Counted from the first letter of the stretch, positions 1-10,202 are shown. The stretch: 48,594 nucleotides of DNA from Acidimicrobiales bacterium (GCA_046153015.1 JBJXGF010000326.1:1-48594), one strand, 5' to 3'. Numbers and translations: made by a program. The notes: generated by a model from the letters alone, not told the origin.

Positions 1-17
1 TCGAGGACCCTGACCCG

Positions 18-560
18 TTGATCGTGGCGTTTCGTGCAGCCAGTCCGCCGGTGAGCTGGACACCCCCGACGCTGCGGGTACTGGCCCGTACGGACCTGCA
101 GGCGATTCTGGCAGAGTCCTACCCGCCCGAGGCGCAGCTCCCCATCGGCGTGGCGCCCTTCACCGCCTGGCAGTTGGTGTACGCCGACGGGGCGTGGCGC
201 ATGGCGGCACACGGCGGCTGCACGAGGTTTGGGTGGATCGATGGTTTGATGGCCAGTCCTTGGGAACTCGATCCCACCCAGCCGGCGCCCGGGCCGGGCA
301 GCACCGAGTTGGCGGTACTGGTGCACGCCCACCATTGCGCCTCAGGCCAGTTGGCCACCGGCCGAGTCCGTCCGCCCCACATCGTGTACGGCGAATCAAC
401 CGTTGAGATCGCCATCACCGTCACTCCCCCGACGGGCGCCCAGACCTGCGCGGGCAGCCCACCCACCCCGTTCACCGTTCATCTGGACCAGCCCCTCGGC
501 GCCCGACAACTGCTCGACAGCGGCCGGGAGCCGATAGCGGCGCCGGGCCCACCCTGGTAG
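18..560 (+). CDS. hypothetical protein; the frame stays open to the left edge, so it may be 5'-partial
   Basis: 180-aa ORF from the track. No stop in this frame between nt 3 and 18. No motif I recognise. Confidence 0.4.
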   Translation: MIVAFRAASPPVSWTPPTLRVLARTDLQAILAESYPPEAQLPIGVAPFTAWQLVYADGAWRMAAHGGCTRFGWIDGLMASPWELDPTQPAPGPGSTELAVLVHAHHCASGQLATGRVRPPHIVYGESTVEIAITVTPPTGAQTCAGSPPTPFTVHLDQPLGARQLLDSGREPIAAPGPPW

Positions 561-642
561 CGCAGGTGCGCCTCCCCGCTCGCTGATCGGGCGACTTGCC
601 GGACCCGAACGCATGAGCAATGAATGGCGCGCCGGGCAGGTG

Positions 643-1068
643 TCACCCGTCGATGAACTCGTGCACCACACCCAGCAGCTCGTAGGTACGCCGGGCCCGC
701 AGGTCACGGGTGAGCAGCCGGCAACCGTTCGTCCGCGCTGCTTCTCCGACAAGCGCGTCGTAAACCGCTCCCCCGATCAACCCAATTGTGGAGAGCCTGG
801 CGAACAGCGCCTGGGCGGCGTCCGGGGCGAGCCAACAGACCCTGGGAAAGGTCCGTCCGATCACACTGGCGGCGGTGGGCGCGTCGAGGGCCAACTGACC
901 CGGCATGCGAGTCAGCACCGAGAACGTCTCCCAGGCGGCATGACCGGCCAGCGCCGGACGGATCGATCGCACTGCGGCCGCGCACAGAGCATGCGCCGCG
1001 TGCCCCCGATCGAGCGCTGCGACCGCCACGCTGGTGTCGGTCGCCCAGCCTTCAGCGCTGGTCGCCAT
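643..1068 (-). CDS. vapC: PIN-domain toxin (VapC-like)
   Basis: ORF 643..1092. The N-terminus WATDTSVAVAAL carries the first PIN acidic residue, and the size is ~140 aa. I moved the start to ATG 1068 (MATSAEG), which overlaps the end of the upstream antitoxin gene. Confidence 0.75.
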   Translation of the reverse strand: MATSAEGWATDTSVAVAALDRGHAAHALCAAAVRSIRPALAGHAAWETFSVLTRMPGQLALDAPTAASVIGRTFPRVCWLAPDAAQALFARLSTIGLIGGAVYDALVGEAARTNGCRLLTRDLRARRTYELLGVVHEFIDG

Positions 1069-1297
1069 CGCGCCAGCGCTGCACATCAGCATCGGTGATT
1101 GAGACCCCGACGACCCGCTCGATCACCGGCCAGCCGTCATCGTCGATCACCACTCGCCCGCGGCCTCTGCGTGGCGTGAGCCGAATCCCGTCACCGTCAG
1201 CGGTCAGCTCAAGTTCGGAGTCCGCGGCGATCGCAAGACGGTCACGCACTTCCTTGGGGATGACGACCCGTCCGGCACGATCGATCGTTACCATCAT
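1052..1297 (-). CDS. vapB: AbrB/SpoVT-type antitoxin (VapB-like)
   Basis: MMVTIDRAGRVVIPKEVRDRL is an AbrB/MazE-type swapped-hairpin N-terminus. About 81 aa. It overlaps the downstream PIN gene. Confidence 0.75.
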   Translation of the reverse strand: MMVTIDRAGRVVIPKEVRDRLAIAADSELELTADGDGIRLTPRRGRGRVVIDDDGWPVIERVVGVSITDADVQRWRDGDQR

Positions 1298-1366
1298 GGA
1301 TGCCACGGTACCACCACCGCTGGACGTGTTCGAACCGCAGCGGGCACGATGCGCCCCCACCTGCGC

Positions 1367-1490
1367 ATGAACGAGATTGGGCGTCGTGGTTACACGAGTC
1401 CTCTACGCGTCGAGCAGGCTGCCGCTACCCGTCAACGGATCCTCGACGCCGCAGTCGCGCCGCTGCAGGAGACGGGCGCCAGCGAGGTTG
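1367..1490 (+). pseudogene. TetR-family regulator, N-terminal fragment only
   Basis: RRGYTSPLRVEQAAATRQRILDAAVAPLQETGASEV looks like the start of a TetR HTH domain. After it the frame loses all similarity and runs into a transposase remnant. Confidence 0.45.
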
Positions 1491-1587
1491 CGGACTTGCG
1501 CCCGGCGGTGGGCAGTATCTGGTGCCCGGAACGGGCTGACCGGCCCCTATCCACGCTTCCACCACCGGCGCTTCATCGGCGCAACTG

Positions 1588-1763
1588 GTGTACCACCGGG
1601 CCGCAACACCACCCCCTCCTGCGGGTCGTACAAACACCGCCCGCCAAACCGTCCTCGACACCGCCTACCAGACCCACCCCGAACGGTTCCCCAACGGACA
1701 CCCCCACCCACCCACCAACCCGCCCGGGTATGGATCAACCCCAACCAAATCAAATCAAAATAG
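1588..1763 (+). mobile_element. remnant of the C-terminal tail of an rve-type (IS3/IS481-like) transposase, frameshifted
   Basis: ARQTVLDTAYQTHPERFPNGHPHPPTNPP in one frame and ARVWINPNQ in another match the usual ..VLDAAY..HPERF..PP.P..AWIN.P tail of these integrases. An A-rich stretch (caaatcaaatcaaaat) follows. Confidence 0.5.
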
Positions 1764-2013
1764 ACCCCCAACAAAACGGCAAACAGCTATTGACAGGCTC
1801 CGGGGCGAACCAGCGAAACTCGACGTGTCGGGAGATGTTGAGCAGTGCATCGCGGTATGCGGCGGGATGCGCGAATCCGATGAGCGCCTCGAGGCCCACG
1901 ACCTCATCGATGGAGGCGGGCTCCTCGATGATCACGGGACGGACGTCGAAACCCCGACCTGCGAGCGCCCAGGCCGTCGCCTCCAACTGATCAACGAGCT
2001 GGGCGCGGTTCAT
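1750..2013 (-). CDS. SMI1/KNR4 (SUKH)-like protein fragment, probably 3'-truncated by the IS remnant
   Basis: EEPASIDEVVGLEALIGFAHPAAYRDALLNISRHVEFRWF resembles the SUKH N-terminal motif. The ORF tail reads into the IS-remnant sequence. The start is uncertain (2013, or as far as 2151). Confidence 0.35.
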   Translation of the reverse strand: MNRAQLVDQLEATAWALAGRGFDVRPVIIEEPASIDEVVGLEALIGFAHPAAYRDALLNISRHVEFRWFAPEPVNSCLPFCWGSILI

Positions 2014-2201
2014 CGCACCCCAATCGGGGATTTGCAGCCCAGCAACGTCAGCGTACGCCTGAGGGACCCGAACGGCGGTTTCTGGGGCAGAGTTCGCCGC
2101 TGCCGGGACACAGGGGTGTGCCTCGGCAACCCAGCTGGCATCTCCGCCCACCTGATCGATGTCCGGAAGCGCCCCATCGCCGCCTACATCGTGTGAAGTC
2201 G

Positions 2202-2645
2202 ATGGCCGGCACGAAGCCCGGCCAGAACTACAACAACCGCACAGATGAAGCGCTGGGGCAGGCCATTGATGTCTGGAAGGCGGTCGAACGAGACATCATC
2301 AACAGCCCGATGCGCCCGTGGCTCGGCTACTTCGTGCTGCTCGAGGACAACTCCGCCTTCAACACTCCTGTGAAGGGACGCCACCCCGTCTGGAGCCCAG
2401 ACCCAGCGTTCGACCACGCGAGCTACGCCGATCGATACGTCATCTTCTTCGAGCGCATGGTGCGCGAACGGCTCCTCGACGCTGCGTGCTTGGTGCTCGG
2501 CAACAAGGAATCCGGACAAGTTCGCTTTCCGTCCGACACGCTGTCGTTTCAAGCCTTCGCGGCAGCGATTCACGGTCGATGCCTACAATTCATGGCGACC
2601 AATACCGACATTGACTGGTCAGCGCCGAGCGCGTCCCAGGGCTGA
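2202..2645 (+). pseudogene. PaeR7I-family type II restriction endonuclease, C-terminal half only
   Basis: GQNYNNRTDEALGQAIDVWKA..RPWLGYFVLLED..ASYADRY..RERLLDAAC matches my recollection of the conserved C-terminal half of PaeR7I-like REases. The catalytic N-terminal half is missing. Only a weak out-of-frame trace remains at ~2140-2196 (LIDVRKRPIAAYIV). Confidence 0.55.
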
Positions 2646-4321
2646 TGGCTCGATCGAGTAGGCCTCGGCGGCAGCGCTCGTCGCGCTCGACCTGTCACGT
2701 GTGCGAAACGCCGCCCGCAGTGCCTCAGCCACGGAGCCGTCGAGCGCAGCAGGGTCCGGCACTCGAATCTTGCGCAGATACTGTGCCTGGAAGCGGTAGG
2801 TGCCGCCGCGCATCTTCACGCAGTACGCCCCGACGAAAAGGTTGGCTATATCGGACAGGAGAAGCCCGCCGAGCACCTCGAGGTCCCAAGCGTCGGACAC
2901 CACGTAGTACAGGTTGTGGTGCGGGTAGAAGCCGCCAGGATCGAGCACGGGGTGCGCTGCAGCCTTGATGTCGGGAAGCAGGAGCTTCGGCCGATCGCGC
3001 AGGGCGGGATCGACGGCGTCGATTGTGCGGTACCAGCGGTCGCTTCGCTTCCTGGCGGTGTGCCGAACCGATCCCCGTGCGCCTCGAAGTGGCGACGCAG
3101 CTTGGGGTACTTCGCCAGGTCCACCAGGCCGGAACCGTCCCACGGGTTCACGAGATAGCGGCCCGACCACGCCGGCCCGCCGTCCGTGAGATCACCGGCG
3201 AGCAGCAGCGGCAACAGCCGGTCTTCCTCGACGAGCGTTGGGTCGCGTGTTATGTACACCTCGTCACAGCCGGTCGCGACACCGATACCGACCCGCGTGC
3301 CGGTTCGCTCATCCTCGAGCGGGGCGAAACGACATTCGAGATCGGCGAGCAGGGCGAGCTGCGAGGGACTGCCGGACGGCCAAAGGTCGCGACCGCTGAA
3401 CCAGGTGTCGACCTTGCAGGCGTCGTAGGCCGTTGAAGTCGGGCGCCTTCGCGATGTGCTCTTCACCCAGCGGGTTATCTCCGCCGCGCAGGTTGCATCG
3501 AACTCCTTCGCCGCCTGAACGACATGCGCTGAACGCTGCTCGCCGCTGCGAAGGATCGTGATCGCCGGATACGCCGAGACCTCATCCTCGAACGCCGGGA
3601 CGTCGTGCATGGCGATCACCGCGTCCACACTGCACGAGCTCGTGATCAACTCGCGCAGCGCAGCGCCGTACTGGTTGTGCATCCACCGATCCGCGCAGAT
3701 GAACCCGAGAACCCCGCCGGGCTTCAACAGATCGAGCCCGGTTTCGAAGAACCCCACATAGATATCGCTACGACCACGCATCGTGGGACAGGCACGCCGG
3801 TACGCGTCGGTCAGCCCGGTGGGCACATCCTCAAGGCGAATGTACGGCGGATTGCCGACCACGAAGTCCGCCACGGCGGTTGGGTGATCCGTGAGCAGAA
3901 AGTCGCCGACACCGACCCAGCCATGAGCGAGTTGCTCGGCAGCGACCTGATCGACGCCGTGCTCGATAAGGAGGGCGACGACCGCCTTGTTCGCCAGCGC
4001 CGCGTTTGCCGGCAGCAGGTCGAAGGCAACCACGGCCCGTGCTGCGTCGACGATGTCGCGCCCGTTCCGGTCGCACGAATCGATCAGCCGCTCGACAATC
4101 GGCACGAGGAAGGCGCTGGTGCCGCACGACGGCTCGACGATCGTCATCGACGCGAGATCACTCGTCGGCACGTAGCCGACCATGTCCAGGATGAACTCGA
4201 CCACCCATCGACGGGTGAACACCTCCCCGTACTCGGCTGCGGGGTCGGCGGCCGAGGCACCCGCGTCGGCGGTGGGCAGGATGGAGAGCTGTCGATTGGT
4301 GGCCACGAGGTCTGCTCCCAC
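2619..4321 (-). pseudogene. gamma-class N6-adenine DNA methyltransferase (Eco57I/TaqI-like) interrupted by a frameshift near 3060-3075
   Basis: ORF 2846..4321 carries motif I (VEPSCGTSAFL) and motif IV (GNPPYIR, NPPY at 3842-3853). The expected C-terminal part (WYRTIDAVDPALRDRPKLLLPDIK..YCVKMRGGTYRFQAQYL) lies in ORF 2619..3170 in another frame. The frames meet at ..EAHGDRF / RHTARKR... Confidence 0.75.
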
Positions 4322-4675
4322 AGGCTCAAACTACAAGGCTGAAACTCGGGAGGTGCGCGAACGCCTCCGATCAGCGGATGACCTCGTCCCCCGCCTCTCC
4401 CCATCATCTCCGGGACCTGTGACAGCCAACTCAATGCCGTCCGTCCGAGCTCCACGGTCGCTCGCAACGACCGCGCTCCGCCCCCGCCCGAGTGTCGGAT
4501 AGGAGGACGATCCCCGCCCTCACCTGGTCATCGACGACGGCGCCTCATCGCGCATGCGCCATAGCGGCCAGGCGTCTCCCGGGGCCAGGACTGCGCGGTC
4601 TTCGGCAAACCACCGGGCCGGACCGCAACCCATCCCGGCCGTTGCCCAGCAGGTAGGCCCCAACGTCCACCGAAA

Positions 4676-4696
4676 TTGATATCCTGACGATATCTA
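4676..4696. promoter_or_regulatory. candidate operator: two GATATC palindromes just upstream of the RHH antitoxin gene
   Basis: TTGATATCctgacGATATCT (GATATC at 4678-4683 and 4689-4694). GGAGG at 4705-4709 and ATG at 4719. Confidence 0.3.
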
Positions 4697-4718
4697 CCGA
4701 CGCCGGAGGCCAGACACC

Positions 4719-4940
4719 ATGCCGGACATTCTCATTCGCGACGTACCCGAGGACGTGATCGGGCTGCTCGAGCAGAAGGCCCGCCTACTCGGCCTGTCGC
4801 GCACCGAATACCTCCGCCGCATGCTCGTTCGCGAATCCACCATCCGTGGCAGCGACGCCTCCCTGGAGGACTGGCGCGCCTTCGCCGAACGTCACGCCGA
4901 TCTCGATGACCCCGAACTCATGCGGCAAGCCTGGACGTGA
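4719..4940 (+). CDS. vapB: ribbon-helix-helix antitoxin (VapB/FitA-like)
   Basis: [36 protein letters not shown] is a typical RHH N-terminus. 73 aa. ATGA overlap with the downstream PIN gene. Confidence 0.8.
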   Translation: MPDILIRDVPEDVIGLLEQKARLLGLSRTEYLRRMLVRESTIRGSDASLEDWRAFAERHADLDDPELMRQAWT

Positions 4941-5353
4941 GCCCACCCGACAACGGCTGGCTGATCGACAAGTCCGCCTTCAACCGCCTCCACACCAGCC
5001 CCGACGCCGGCGAGTGGATCAACCGAGCCAACCGGGGCCTCATCCGGATCAGCACCCTCACCCGCCTCGAAATCGGCTACTCAGCCAGAACCGCCGCCGA
5101 ACTCCGCGGCGACCTCACCAGACCACCGCTCTCCCTCCTCCCTGTCGAATACCTCCGACCCGCCATCGAAGACCGCGCCGTCGAGGTCCAAGCGCTCCTC
5201 GCCGACCGAGGCCAACACCGAGCACCCTCCATCCCAGACCTCGTCATCGCCGCCACCGCCGAACTGAACAACCTCATCGTCCTCCACCTCGACAAAGACT
5301 TCGACCTCATCGCCGACATCACCGGCCAGCCCGTCCAACGCCTACAAACATGA
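4937..5353 (+). CDS. vapC: PIN-domain toxin (VapC-like)
   Basis: WLIDKSAF.., [11 protein letters not shown] and [10 protein letters not shown] give the PIN acidic residues. 138 aa. The start is translationally coupled at 4937. Confidence 0.85.
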   Translation: MSPPDNGWLIDKSAFNRLHTSPDAGEWINRANRGLIRISTLTRLEIGYSARTAAELRGDLTRPPLSLLPVEYLRPAIEDRAVEVQALLADRGQHRAPSIPDLVIAATAELNNLIVLHLDKDFDLIADITGQPVQRLQT

Positions 5354-5547
5354 CGAGCGAGAGCCGCAGCGGCACTAGGCCGGCGACTTCTGCCGCGTTG
5401 GGGCCCGCCGGATCAACCCCGAGGCGACTCGTCTCACCGCCAGCGGCCCGGCGGGCGCCGACGCGCTCCGCATGCTGCGCAACTGGGCGTAGAGGCTGGC
5501 GCCCGCCTCACTGCGGCGACGAGCGGGGATCACTACCGTGACCGTTC

Positions 5548-6357
5548 ATGACCTCGACCTCAGCGTTTTCGACCCTCTCCGTGGAACTCGAGCCGGGCAC
5601 CGGGGTGGCCGTTCTGACCCTTAATCGACCGGATCAAGGCAACGCCATCAACGGCGCTATGGCCGCTGAGCTACGGCAGGCAGCGCTCGAGCTCTCCTAT
5701 GACCGTTCGGTGCGCGCCGTGGTGCTGCAATCGTTCGGCCGGGTCTTCTGCGGCGGCGGCGACCTGGCCTCGTTCGCGAACTCGTCGGACGACGAGCTGC
5801 CGAGAATCATCGACAGCCTCACCATCGACCTGCACGCTGCGGTGGCCCGCTTTGCCAAGATGGACGCTCCGGTGGTGGCGGCGGTGACCGGCGCGGCGGG
5901 AGGGGCCGGCATGTCACTGGTGGCCGCCTGCGACCTGGTGATAGCCGGCGAGTCCGCCCGCTTCACCATGGGCTACACCAAGGCCGGGCTCGTGCCCGAC
6001 GGTACGTCTTCGTTCTTCCTGGCTCGGGTGGTGGGCTTGCGTCGGGCCACGGAGCTCGTCTTGACCAACCGGGTGCTCTCGGCAGCCGAGGCCGCCGAGT
6101 GGGGTCTCATCAACCGCGTCGTGCCCGACGAGGACGTGCGCGCCGAGGCACTCACGCTGGCTCGTTCGTTGGCCACCGGCGCGACCAGGTCGCTCGGTTT
6201 GGCGAAGCGAGTGTTGATCGAGGGTGCTTCGAGCGCGCTCGAGGAGGCGATGGAGCGGGAGTCGCGCTATGTGAGCGCCTCGGCCGCCACTGGGGACGCG
6301 CGGGAAGGCATCGCGGCTTTTCTGGCCAAACGCAGCGCCCGTTTCGAGGGGCGTTGA
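5548..6357 (+). CDS. enoyl-CoA hydratase/isomerase family protein
   Basis: 269 aa. Crotonase pattern VAVLTLNRP..NA.., VFCGGGDL, and a C-terminal EGIAAFLAKRSARFEG. Confidence 0.9.
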   Translation: MTSTSAFSTLSVELEPGTGVAVLTLNRPDQGNAINGAMAAELRQAALELSYDRSVRAVVLQSFGRVFCGGGDLASFANSSDDELPRIIDSLTIDLHAAVARFAKMDAPVVAAVTGAAGGAGMSLVAACDLVIAGESARFTMGYTKAGLVPDGTSSFFLARVVGLRRATELVLTNRVLSAAEAAEWGLINRVVPDEDVRAEALTLARSLATGATRSLGLAKRVLIEGASSALEEAMERESRYVSASAATGDAREGIAAFLAKRSARFEGR

Positions 6358-6534
6358 GCTCGCCCGATTACCCGAGCCGAGGGCCACCGTTCCTCCAGCG
6401 ACGATGTCGAGCTCGCCAAGGTCTGGAGCCCGCTTGGCGCGCCCTGCGGCCAGCGACTCATGAGCGAACCTCGCCTCAGGCGAGCCGGGTCGGCGGCTGC
6501 GGCTGCCACGTGTACGACGGCGGGGGAGTGTGAC

Positions 6535-7686
6535 TCAGAGCGTGATGTCGCGCTGCCAGTACTCGTTGCCTGGTGCGGCGATCTCGGCCCGGGTCTCCTC
6601 GTTCCAGTCGCCGTTGCCGATGTATGCGCCGCGATAGGTGTAGGGGGCCTCGTCGGGGTAGTACTGGCGTCGGGCGTCGATGGCGAGGGCGATCATGCGG
6701 GCCCGCCGCAACACGTAGTCCTCGCTGTAGGTGATGTCTTTGATGTTGTCGCCGCCGGGCAGCTTGAAGGCGTGCACGTTGGTGGTCGACACCCCGATCG
6801 CAGAGCTGCGCTTGTGGTACCCGAGCACCATCGTCACCCGCCGTTCCGGCGAGTGGTTGCGGTACGAACCGTGCAGCGAGCTGCGGTCGATCAACGCGCA
6901 ATCTCCCGGGCTCATCAGCACGGGGACGGCGTCGGGTACCACCTCGGTGGGCTTGGGGAAGGACCCGCCGTTCGCCAAACGCCACCGTCGATTGCTGCCG
7001 GGCACCACCCACAGGCAGTTCTGCGGGGTGCAGTGGCTCCACGACACGTTAAGGTTGAACCCGTGCGTCTCGCCGCTGCCGTCGAGCTGCGCGAGGCTCT
7101 CGCCATCGGCGGTCCAGTGGGTTCGTCCGTCCTGATGCCACGGGGTGGGCGGCCCCTCACCCGCGCCCTTGTGGAAGATGCTCTCGTGGAACGGGATGAA
7201 GTCGGGTCCGTTCACCGCTTCGACCATGCGGAGGATGTCGGGGTGAGCGTACGCGCGCAACGCCGAGTCCATCATCATCAACGGATGCGAGACCAGGCCA
7301 ACGACGGGTCCTTCGCTCGCCGCCTCCTCCGAACGGCCGAACAGCTTGGCTGCTGACATCGAGTAGTAGCCGGCGTGGACGACCGGGCGCCCGTAGCGGT
7401 CGACCTCGCCGTCCTTCGCGGCCGGTGCGTTGTCGAGGAGTTGGTCGAACTCCGCTTCCAGCAAGGCGACCTCGTCGGGCGCCACCACCCCGGTGAACAC
7501 GTAGAACCCGTTGCGCCGGTAGGAGTCGACGATGTCGGCGGCGAGAGGACCCTCACCATTCCAACGCATCGGACCGCGGTTGCCCAACGCCAACGCCCGC
7601 TGGCGGCCATCCTCGCAGAACGCATCCCACTCCTCTGGCGAGCAGTCGGCCTGTATGCGCACCGGGGTCTCAGTTTGAGCGTCCAT
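6535..7686 (-). CDS. phytanoyl-CoA dioxygenase (PhyH) family protein
   Basis: ORF 6535..7755. PhyH-like N-terminus (SYRRNGFYVFTGVVAPDEVALLEAEFDQLL) and a WHQDG motif. I set the start at ATG 7686, which is preceded by GAGGAGG 8 nt upstream. Confidence 0.8.
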   Translation of the reverse strand: MDAQTETPVRIQADCSPEEWDAFCEDGRQRALALGNRGPMRWNGEGPLAADIVDSYRRNGFYVFTGVVAPDEVALLEAEFDQLLDNAPAAKDGEVDRYGRPVVHAGYYSMSAAKLFGRSEEAASEGPVVGLVSHPLMMMDSALRAYAHPDILRMVEAVNGPDFIPFHESIFHKGAGEGPPTPWHQDGRTHWTADGESLAQLDGSGETHGFNLNVSWSHCTPQNCLWVVPGSNRRWRLANGGSFPKPTEVVPDAVPVLMSPGDCALIDRSSLHGSYRNHSPERRVTMVLGYHKRSSAIGVSTTNVHAFKLPGGDNIKDITYSEDYVLRRARMIALAIDARRQYYPDEAPYTYRGAYIGNGDWNEETRAEIAAPGNEYWQRDITL

Positions 7687-7836
7687 TGGGTTGGCCTCCT
7701 CGATTGGCGCGTCGTGCTCTGCCGACTCGTGCCGCGGCCATGAAACGTATGGCACGCCGATCGTCGTGGCGCCGACAGTCTGCCGCGATCGGCAACGGCC
7801 TGCTGGCCGCGCGCCCGGGCGGCGCGATCCGGCGGC

Positions 7837-8415
7837 TCAGCGCTGCAGAGCCAGGACCGGGGCCATCGCTTCGACCGCAGCGGCCCAGGAGCCGGGCGGT
7901 TCGGCGGGCCGGATGACGAACTTGGAGAAACCGGCCTCGACAAAGGCCTCGACGCGCTCGGCCAGCCCGTGCGGCCCGATGCCGATCGTCGTGTTGGGGT
8001 CGAAGCCGGGCCGGCGCGCCTCGATGCCGGCGCGCACGGTGTCGCTGATCGACCCGGTCACCCACGACAGGTTCATCCCGTAGTGCTCGCGGTCGATGTG
8101 GCGTCCCGCGGCGGCGGCCTCGACGGCGAGCTGCTTGGCCAGCCACACCGGGTCTCGGCCGGGCACGATCAGGTGGCTGCCGATCTTGAGCCTGCCGCGC
8201 CGGCCGGCGGCGACGCCGAGCGCGGCGATCGGGTCGAACACCTGACCGGTGACCACATCGGGAACCCAGATCGAGTCGTAGCCCAGATCGTCGAGGGCAT
8301 CGACCAGGGCCAGGTAGCCGGCAGGTTCGTCGATGACCCCGGCGCCGGCGGCCACCCCGATACGGATCTTGAGGTCGGTGGCGATCGGTGCCGGCGGACC
8401 TTCGGTGACTGCCAT
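7837..8415 (-). CDS. LLM-class F420-dependent oxidoreductase with an apparent in-frame internal deletion (192 aa)
   Basis: The N-terminal part (LGYDSIWVPD..RLKIGSHLIVPGRDPVWLAKQLA) joins directly to the C-terminal part (VEAAAAGRHIDREHYG..GFSKFVIRP) near nt 8126. The two intact LLM genes in this window are ~331-335 aa. Confidence 0.65.
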   Translation of the reverse strand: MAVTEGPPAPIATDLKIRIGVAAGAGVIDEPAGYLALVDALDDLGYDSIWVPDVVTGQVFDPIAALGVAAGRRGRLKIGSHLIVPGRDPVWLAKQLAVEAAAAGRHIDREHYGMNLSWVTGSISDTVRAGIEARRPGFDPNTTIGIGPHGLAERVEAFVEAGFSKFVIRPAEPPGSWAAAVEAMAPVLALQR

Positions 8416-8504
8416 GTGTTCTCCTTCACGTCAACGCCGTCCGTCGATGGGCTCAACGGCGCGTTCATTGCCTGTCAACGTCTGGGACCCCTACCGTCCC
8501 ACGA

Positions 8505-9836
8505 TCAAGCCCAGCTAACCCGCGCCACGGTCGCGGTCGTGCAGTAGTACACGTCGCGGTTGTCGCCGGCCGTGAGAAACATGCCGTTGGCGATGCGCGA
8601 GCCGGTAGTGACGCGGTCCAACACCTCCCCAGTCGAGACGTCGACCACAACGAGGTCGTCAGAGCCGCCATCGGTGAAGTCGTTGATGACGAGCTCGCCG
8701 CTCTCGGGGTAGACGATCGGTTGCATCGAGGCGCGCACATCGAGCTGCCAGGCCACGGCGAGCTCCGCGCCGTCGGTGCGCACCCCGGCCAGGCCGCCGT
8801 TCACCGAATCCCACGCGATCGCCGTGTGCAGTTCGGGTACATGCAGCGGGGGAGCGATGATCCCGCCGCCTGCGGTACCGAACGGTTCGATCTCGCCGAT
8901 GGCCCGATGGTCCTCGAGCGCCACCCGCAGCAACCGTTGGGCGCCCTGCCAAGGCGCAGGGCGACGCCAGGAGAGTTGTCGCCCAGGAGCCTCGGCGTAG
9001 CGGCCGTTCGGCTCGGTATGGTGGATCAGGCGGATCGATGGCAGATCTCCGCAGTCCATGATCCACACTCGACCGTCGGACAGGCATGCGTCCCACGCGA
9101 GGCCGTAACGATCCTCAGCGTTGCGGTAGCGGGGCCGCCAGTCGTCCACCGTGACGTCGTCCCCCTCGATCACCAGCCGCCACAGGTGCTCGGTGCCGGG
9201 CACGTACACGTGGTCGCCGGTGGCGGTGCGGTCAGCCGCGATGCGGCCCATCGACCCTTCGGGCAGCACGAGCGGCGCACCCAACAGCTCGAGCGTGTCG
9301 GGATCGAGGCGGCTGATCGTGGTGCCGCCCTGGCCTTCGAGCCGTAGGTCCTTGGTGATGAGCGTGCCATCGCTCAGCGCGAGCAGTCCGTTGTGGGAGC
9401 GGTCGACGGGAAGCTTGCGTTCGGCGAGCACCGCGCAGTCGTCCGGGTCGAGTCGATGCAGGTAGGCGCCGTTCACACCGATGATCGATCCGTTGGCGTG
9501 GGCGAGGATCGCCCCGCACCACACGTGTTCGCCGCAAGGCAGCTCCGGCGAGGAGGCCAGCACCTCCAGCGACTCGCCGTCGATGCGCTGCACCCATCCG
9601 AACGGCGGCGGTCCGCTGAAGGCGGCCATGGTGCCGCCGAGGTACCACTGGCCCGGCTCTCGTCGGATCACCATCACGTTCCAGCGGTCGTTGCGAACCG
9701 TCACGACGGAGGCGGTGCCCGACGCCGCATCGAGGCGTCCCGGTGCGGACTTCTGGCGACGGTTACCACCGCATTCCACCGGCCACGGCGACGGCCAGTA
9801 GCCCGGGTGCAGCTCGGCTCGGTCGAGCGGGGTCAT
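8505..9836 (-). CDS. hypothetical protein, repeat-rich and probably beta-propeller-like
   Basis: 443-aa ORF. ATGA overlap with the upstream gene at 9833-9836. Recurrent strand-like G/D/W-rich segments. No catalytic motif recognised. Confidence 0.65.
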   Translation of the reverse strand: MTPLDRAELHPGYWPSPWPVECGGNRRQKSAPGRLDAASGTASVVTVRNDRWNVMVIRREPGQWYLGGTMAAFSGPPPFGWVQRIDGESLEVLASSPELPCGEHVWCGAILAHANGSIIGVNGAYLHRLDPDDCAVLAERKLPVDRSHNGLLALSDGTLITKDLRLEGQGGTTISRLDPDTLELLGAPLVLPEGSMGRIAADRTATGDHVYVPGTEHLWRLVIEGDDVTVDDWRPRYRNAEDRYGLAWDACLSDGRVWIMDCGDLPSIRLIHHTEPNGRYAEAPGRQLSWRRPAPWQGAQRLLRVALEDHRAIGEIEPFGTAGGGIIAPPLHVPELHTAIAWDSVNGGLAGVRTDGAELAVAWQLDVRASMQPIVYPESGELVINDFTDGGSDDLVVVDVSTGEVLDRVTTGSRIANGMFLTAGDNRDVYYCTTATVARVSWA

Positions 9837-10201
9837 TCGCCGGTGAAGATCGGTCGGCGCTTCTCCAGGAAGGCGGCCATTCCCTCGAGTCGATCGCGGG
9901 TACCCGAACAGGCGCGCACCGCTTCGCGTTCGACGTCAAGCGCCTCCTCCAGCGGCGGAGCGCCAGCACCGACGACGCAGCGGAGTACACCGGCCACGGC
10001 CACCGGTGGCATCGCCGAAAGCTCTTCCTCACCAGCGGCGGTGAAGACCAGGACTCGGACCGAGCGGTCGGTGGCGGCGGCGTTCACCGTCTCCTCCACC
10101 GCGTCCATGTACTCCAGCGTCATTCGGTTGATCGGCGGGTCGTTGTTGGTGAGGGTAAGTACCCCGCCGTCCTGGCTGACGATCAACGCGTTGCCTGCCA
10201 T
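9833..10201 (-). CDS. crotonase-family remnant with an in-frame internal deletion (122 aa)
   Basis: The crotonase N-terminus (GVLTLTNNDPPINRM..VRVLVFTAAGEE) is fused near nt 10020 to the crotonase C-terminus (..EGMAAFLEKRRPIFTGE). The oxyanion-hole core is missing. The ATG at 10201 lies 1 nt after the upstream stop. Confidence 0.6.
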   Translation of the reverse strand: MAGNALIVSQDGGVLTLTNNDPPINRMTLEYMDAVEETVNAAATDRSVRVLVFTAAGEEELSAMPPVAVAGVLRCVVGAGAPPLEEALDVEREAVRACSGTRDRLEGMAAFLEKRRPIFTGE

Positions 10202-10202
10202 G

